This document shows positions 61,220 to 64,000 of a stretch of DNA of 64,000 nt, one piece after another (positions within the stretch are counted from its first letter, which is position 1; each line of letters begins with the position of its first letter). Source of the DNA: an uncultured Bacillales bacterium (GTDB taxonomy: Bacteria > Bacillota_I > Bacilli_A > RFN20 > CAG-288); contig CAJMBK010000001.1 of NCBI GenBank assembly GCA_905211645.1, forward strand, positions 155,331-219,330. The letters are read 5' to 3'. Under the pieces are notes generated by a model. It worked only from the letters and a program-made list of their open reading frames with translations. It did no database searches and was not told the origin of the DNA. The translations under genes were made by a program, and so were the position numbers.

Positions 61220-62722
61220 ATGAGTGAATACATTTTAGAGTTTCACAACGTTTCAAAATCTTTCGGTTCCAACCAAGTTTTAAAGGGTATCAATTTCAAG
61301 GTTAGACCTGGTACAGTTCACGCACTTATGGGTGAAAACGGTGCTGGTAAATCAACAATGATGAAGTGCCTCTTCGGTATTTATGCTAAAGATAGTGGGG
61401 AAATCTCCGTTGATGGCAACATCGTTGATTACAAGAACCCAAAGGATGCTCTTGAACATGGTATTTCAATGGTTCACCAAGAGTTGAACCAATGCTTGGA
61501 TAGAACTGTTTTGGATAACTTCTACTTAGGTAGATATCCAACAAACGTTGGTATCGTTGATGAAACAAAAATGCTTATCAATGCATCAAACACCTTTAAG
61601 AGTATCGGTGTTGACGTTGATTTGAAAGCACGTATGAGAACAATGTCAGTTTCTGCACGTCAAATGTGCGAAATTGCAAAAGCTGTTAGTTATGATGCTA
61701 AAGTTATCATCTTGGATGAGCCTACATCTTCTTTAACAGAAAAAGAAGTCCGTAAGTTATTTAGTATTATTAAAAACCTCAGAGCGAAAGGTGTTAGTTT
61801 CGTTTATATTTCTCACAAGATGGATGAAATCTTCGAAATTTCTGATGATGTCTCTGTCATGCGTGATGGTCAAATGGTTATGACTAAAGAAACCAAAGAT
61901 ACAGATATGAACGAACTTGTTGCTAAAATGGTTGGTAGATCCTTAGAGAATCGTTTCCCACCAATTGACAACAATCCTAGTGAAACAGAAAACATTATTG
62001 ATGTTCAAAATCTTTCTACAAGATATGATCCTAAACTTGTTGACGTTTCATTTAAGGTTAAAAAGGGTGAAATTTTTGGAATTTATGGTCTTGTCGGTGC
62101 AAGAAGAAGTGAATTGCTTGAAGCTTTATTTGGTATGAGACAGATTGACCGTGGATTAATTAGATATAAGAATAAACCTGTTCACTATCGTTCATCAAAA
62201 GATGCAATGAGTGATGGTATTGCTTTCGTTACAGAAGAGAGAAAATTCAATGGTTTATTTGGTGTTGATTCAATCAAGTTTAACACTGCAATTGCTAACT
62301 TAGGTGAATATAGAAGCAGACTCGGTTTCCTTTCCGAAAGAAAGATTACCGAAGCAACTATGCGTCAAGTTAAAAACATGCATACAAAGGTCGCTTCTAT
62401 CTCCGATCCTATCACAGCCCTTTCTGGTGGTAACCAACAAAAGGTTATTATCGGTCGTTGGTTGGAAAGAAACCCAGATTTATTACTTCTTGACGAACCT
62501 ACCAGAGGTATCGACGTTGGTGCTAAGTATGAAATCTATCAACTTATCGTCAACATGGCAAAAGAAGGTAAATCCTGTATCGTTGTTTCTTCAGAAATGC
62601 CAGAAATTTTAGGTATTACAAACCGTATCATGGTCTTAAGTAATGGACGTGTTGCTGGTATTGTTAATACAAAAGATGCAACTCAAGAGCAGTTACTAGA
62701 ATTGGCTGCTAAGTATTTATAA
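61220..62722 (+). CDS. Sugar ABC transporter ATP-binding protein with duplicated NBDs (MglA/RbsA-like)
   Basis: Two NBDs: GENGAGKST ... LDEPTSSL and LSGGNQQKV ... LLDEPTRGID. Confidence 0.85.
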   Translation: MSEYILEFHNVSKSFGSNQVLKGINFKVRPGTVHALMGENGAGKSTMMKCLFGIYAKDSGEISVDGNIVDYKNPKDALEHGISMVHQELNQCLDRTVLDNFYLGRYPTNVGIVDETKMLINASNTFKSIGVDVDLKARMRTMSVSARQMCEIAKAVSYDAKVIILDEPTSSLTEKEVRKLFSIIKNLRAKGVSFVYISHKMDEIFEISDDVSVMRDGQMVMTKETKDTDMNELVAKMVGRSLENRFPPIDNNPSETENIIDVQNLSTRYDPKLVDVSFKVKKGEIFGIYGLVGARRSELLEALFGMRQIDRGLIRYKNKPVHYRSSKDAMSDGIAFVTEERKFNGLFGVDSIKFNTAIANLGEYRSRLGFLSERKITEATMRQVKNMHTKVASISDPITALSGGNQQKVIIGRWLERNPDLLLLDEPTRGIDVGAKYEIYQLIVNMAKEGKSCIVVSSEMPEILGITNRIMVLSNGRVAGIVNTKDATQEQLLELAAKYL

Positions 62723-62738
62723 GGAAGGAAGATTATAA

Positions 62739-64000
62739 ATGACTGATTCAAAGAATCTTATGTCCAATGAATACTTAACCAAAGTTGAAAGCTACGCAGA
62801 GAAAATTGCAGCTTTAACAGCCGATGGTGAGGTTAAATTGGAGGCTCTTCAACGTCAAGTAAACGTCATTAGAAGAGATAAGTCAATTTCAATCGATGAG
62901 CAAGAGAAACTCTTTGCACAACTCAATCCTGAAATTGAAAAAGCTAATGCTTTTAAGGCAGAACATGCTACTGAATTAGCAGGTCTTAGAGCAGAAGCCT
63001 TAGAGTATATCAACTCTAACTTAAATCCTATTATTAATGAAAAAGGTGCTAACTTAACTGCTCATGAAAATGAGATTGCCGCTTTCAATCAAACATGTGG
63101 TTCTACAAAAGTTACTATTAAGAACAAACTCAATGAATTGAAGCAACAATTGAATAAGATCAAAGCAGATTGCGCTGCTGAAGCTTCTACAGTTAAGGGT
63201 ACAACCTATGATGATCAAGTTAAGGTTTGCGATATCAAAGACAAATATGTCAAACCTTACGAAGAAGCTGAAATTGCCGCTTATGAAGATTGCAAGAAGG
63301 TCATGCTCGACTTGCAAGATCAAAGAGAAACTTTATACACATCTGTTAGTAATTCTTACAGAGAATTCATCGATTATGTCTTATTGAAGTACAATGAATT
63401 ATCTGTTATCTTTGCAGGTAAACTCCCAGCAAATGAATTATCCATGATCAGAAAAGCAGTTAACACATACTGCTCCAAAGTTCAAAAGGGTTACTTCATG
63501 AAAGGTGATTTCGAAGAGAATGCAACTAACATTCAAGTCGAAATCGACAAATACCGTTCAGCTGGTGAAAACAAGATTCAACTCTTAAGAGATAAGCAAT
63601 CTAAGATCAAAGCTAACAAGGATTATTCTAAAGAAGATAAATCCGCAATGCTTGCAAGACTCTACGATGATATGCAAAAAGCTAAGGAAGAATACTATAG
63701 AAACAGAATCATGGTTGATGTCTTAAAGGCTGTTGGTATCGGTTTAGTTAAAGTTGGTAACGAAAGAAATGTTATCGTTAACAAATATGATGGCTTAGTT
63801 TCCATTGCTAAAGCTAGAGCATTGCACGAATTGCAAAAACACGTCAATGTCAAAGCTAATCTCAAGAATGAAGCAGAGTTATCAGAACTCAAGGCTTCTA
63901 CTGAATTAGGTTCTGACAGAAAGATCATCATCGAAAACAAGGCACACTCAGTAGCCCTTGAAAGAAAATCCTTCAAGAAGGAAAATGATGAAAAATTCAA
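62739..64000 (+). CDS. Hydrophilic, K/E-rich hypothetical protein (more than 420 aa, runs off the window end); absent from the supplied ORF track
   Basis: I read an uninterrupted open frame from ATG 62739 (RBS AAGGAAGGAAG) through to position 64000 on the + strand. No TM segments. Coiled-coil-like composition. Confidence 0.5.
   Translation, partial: MTDSKNLMSNEYLTKVESYAEKIAALTADGEVKLEALQRQVNVIRRDKSISIDEQEKLFAQLNPEIEKANAFKAEHATELAGLRAEALEYINSNLNPIINEKGANLTAHENEIAAFNQTCGSTKVTIKNKLNELKQQLNKIKADCAAEASTVKGTTYDDQVKVCDIKDKYVKPYEEAEIAAYEDCKKVMLDLQDQRETLYTSVSNSYREFIDYVLLKYNELSVIFAGKLPANELSMIRKAVNTYCSKVQKGYFMKGDFEENATNIQVEIDKYRSAGENKIQLLRDKQSKIKANKDYSKEDKSAMLARLYDDMQKAKEEYYRNRIMVDVLKAVGIGLVKVGNERNVIVNKYDGLVSIAKARALHELQKHVNVKANLKNEAELSELKASTELGSDRKIIIENKAHSVALERKSFKKENDEKF

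Noticed and set aside
62304-62612. 102-aa plus-strand ORF inside the ABC ATPase gene, and minus-strand ORFs at 63054-63323 and 63695-64000
   Set aside because: They are out-of-frame or antisense to well-supported or uninterrupted long coding frames. The long plus-strand frame from 62739 explains this region better.

Overview
This 64 kb window is AT-rich, low-GC bacterial chromosome. By gene content and order it looks like Bacillota, possibly a Mollicutes or Erysipelotrichia relative. TGA acts as a stop codon and Trp is TGG, since long housekeeping ORFs read through intact under the standard code. Many proteins carry a signal peptide and lipobox.

Most of the window is conserved core genome on both strands: prfB (partial), uvrB, rbgA-rnhB-dprA-topA-trmFO, a UvrD-like helicase, hup, dnaD-like-nth, recU-pyrG, pcrA-ligA-gatCAB, tgt-queA-queH, parA/parB-like genes, sufCDSUB, mnmG, a pair of ABC exporters, and an mglBA-like sugar ABC transporter.

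The most unusual stretch is about 3.3 kb (16.9-20.2 kb) next to a tRNA-Ser(GCT) gene, summarised in the findings below.

Other points of interest:
- Directly downstream of tgt-queA-queH sit a nucleoside-hydrolase gene and a radical-SAM-like gene. Together they look like a queuosine/queuine salvage module.
- One ORF is chimeric: a YgbA-type Cys-rich domain fused to an EcfA-like ABC ATPase that has no Walker A motif.
- There is a tandem pair of SseB-like paralogs.
- There is a pair of large lipoproteins, one with a parvulin-like (PrsA-like) motif.
- A long hydrophilic ORF runs off the 3' end of the window (62739->64000, + strand). It sits where an mgl permease would be expected and is missing from the supplied ORF track because it has no stop codon inside the window.

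I found no CRISPR array, integrase, transposase or rRNA. Every family assignment below rests on motifs I read in the translations and on conserved synteny. None has been checked against a database.
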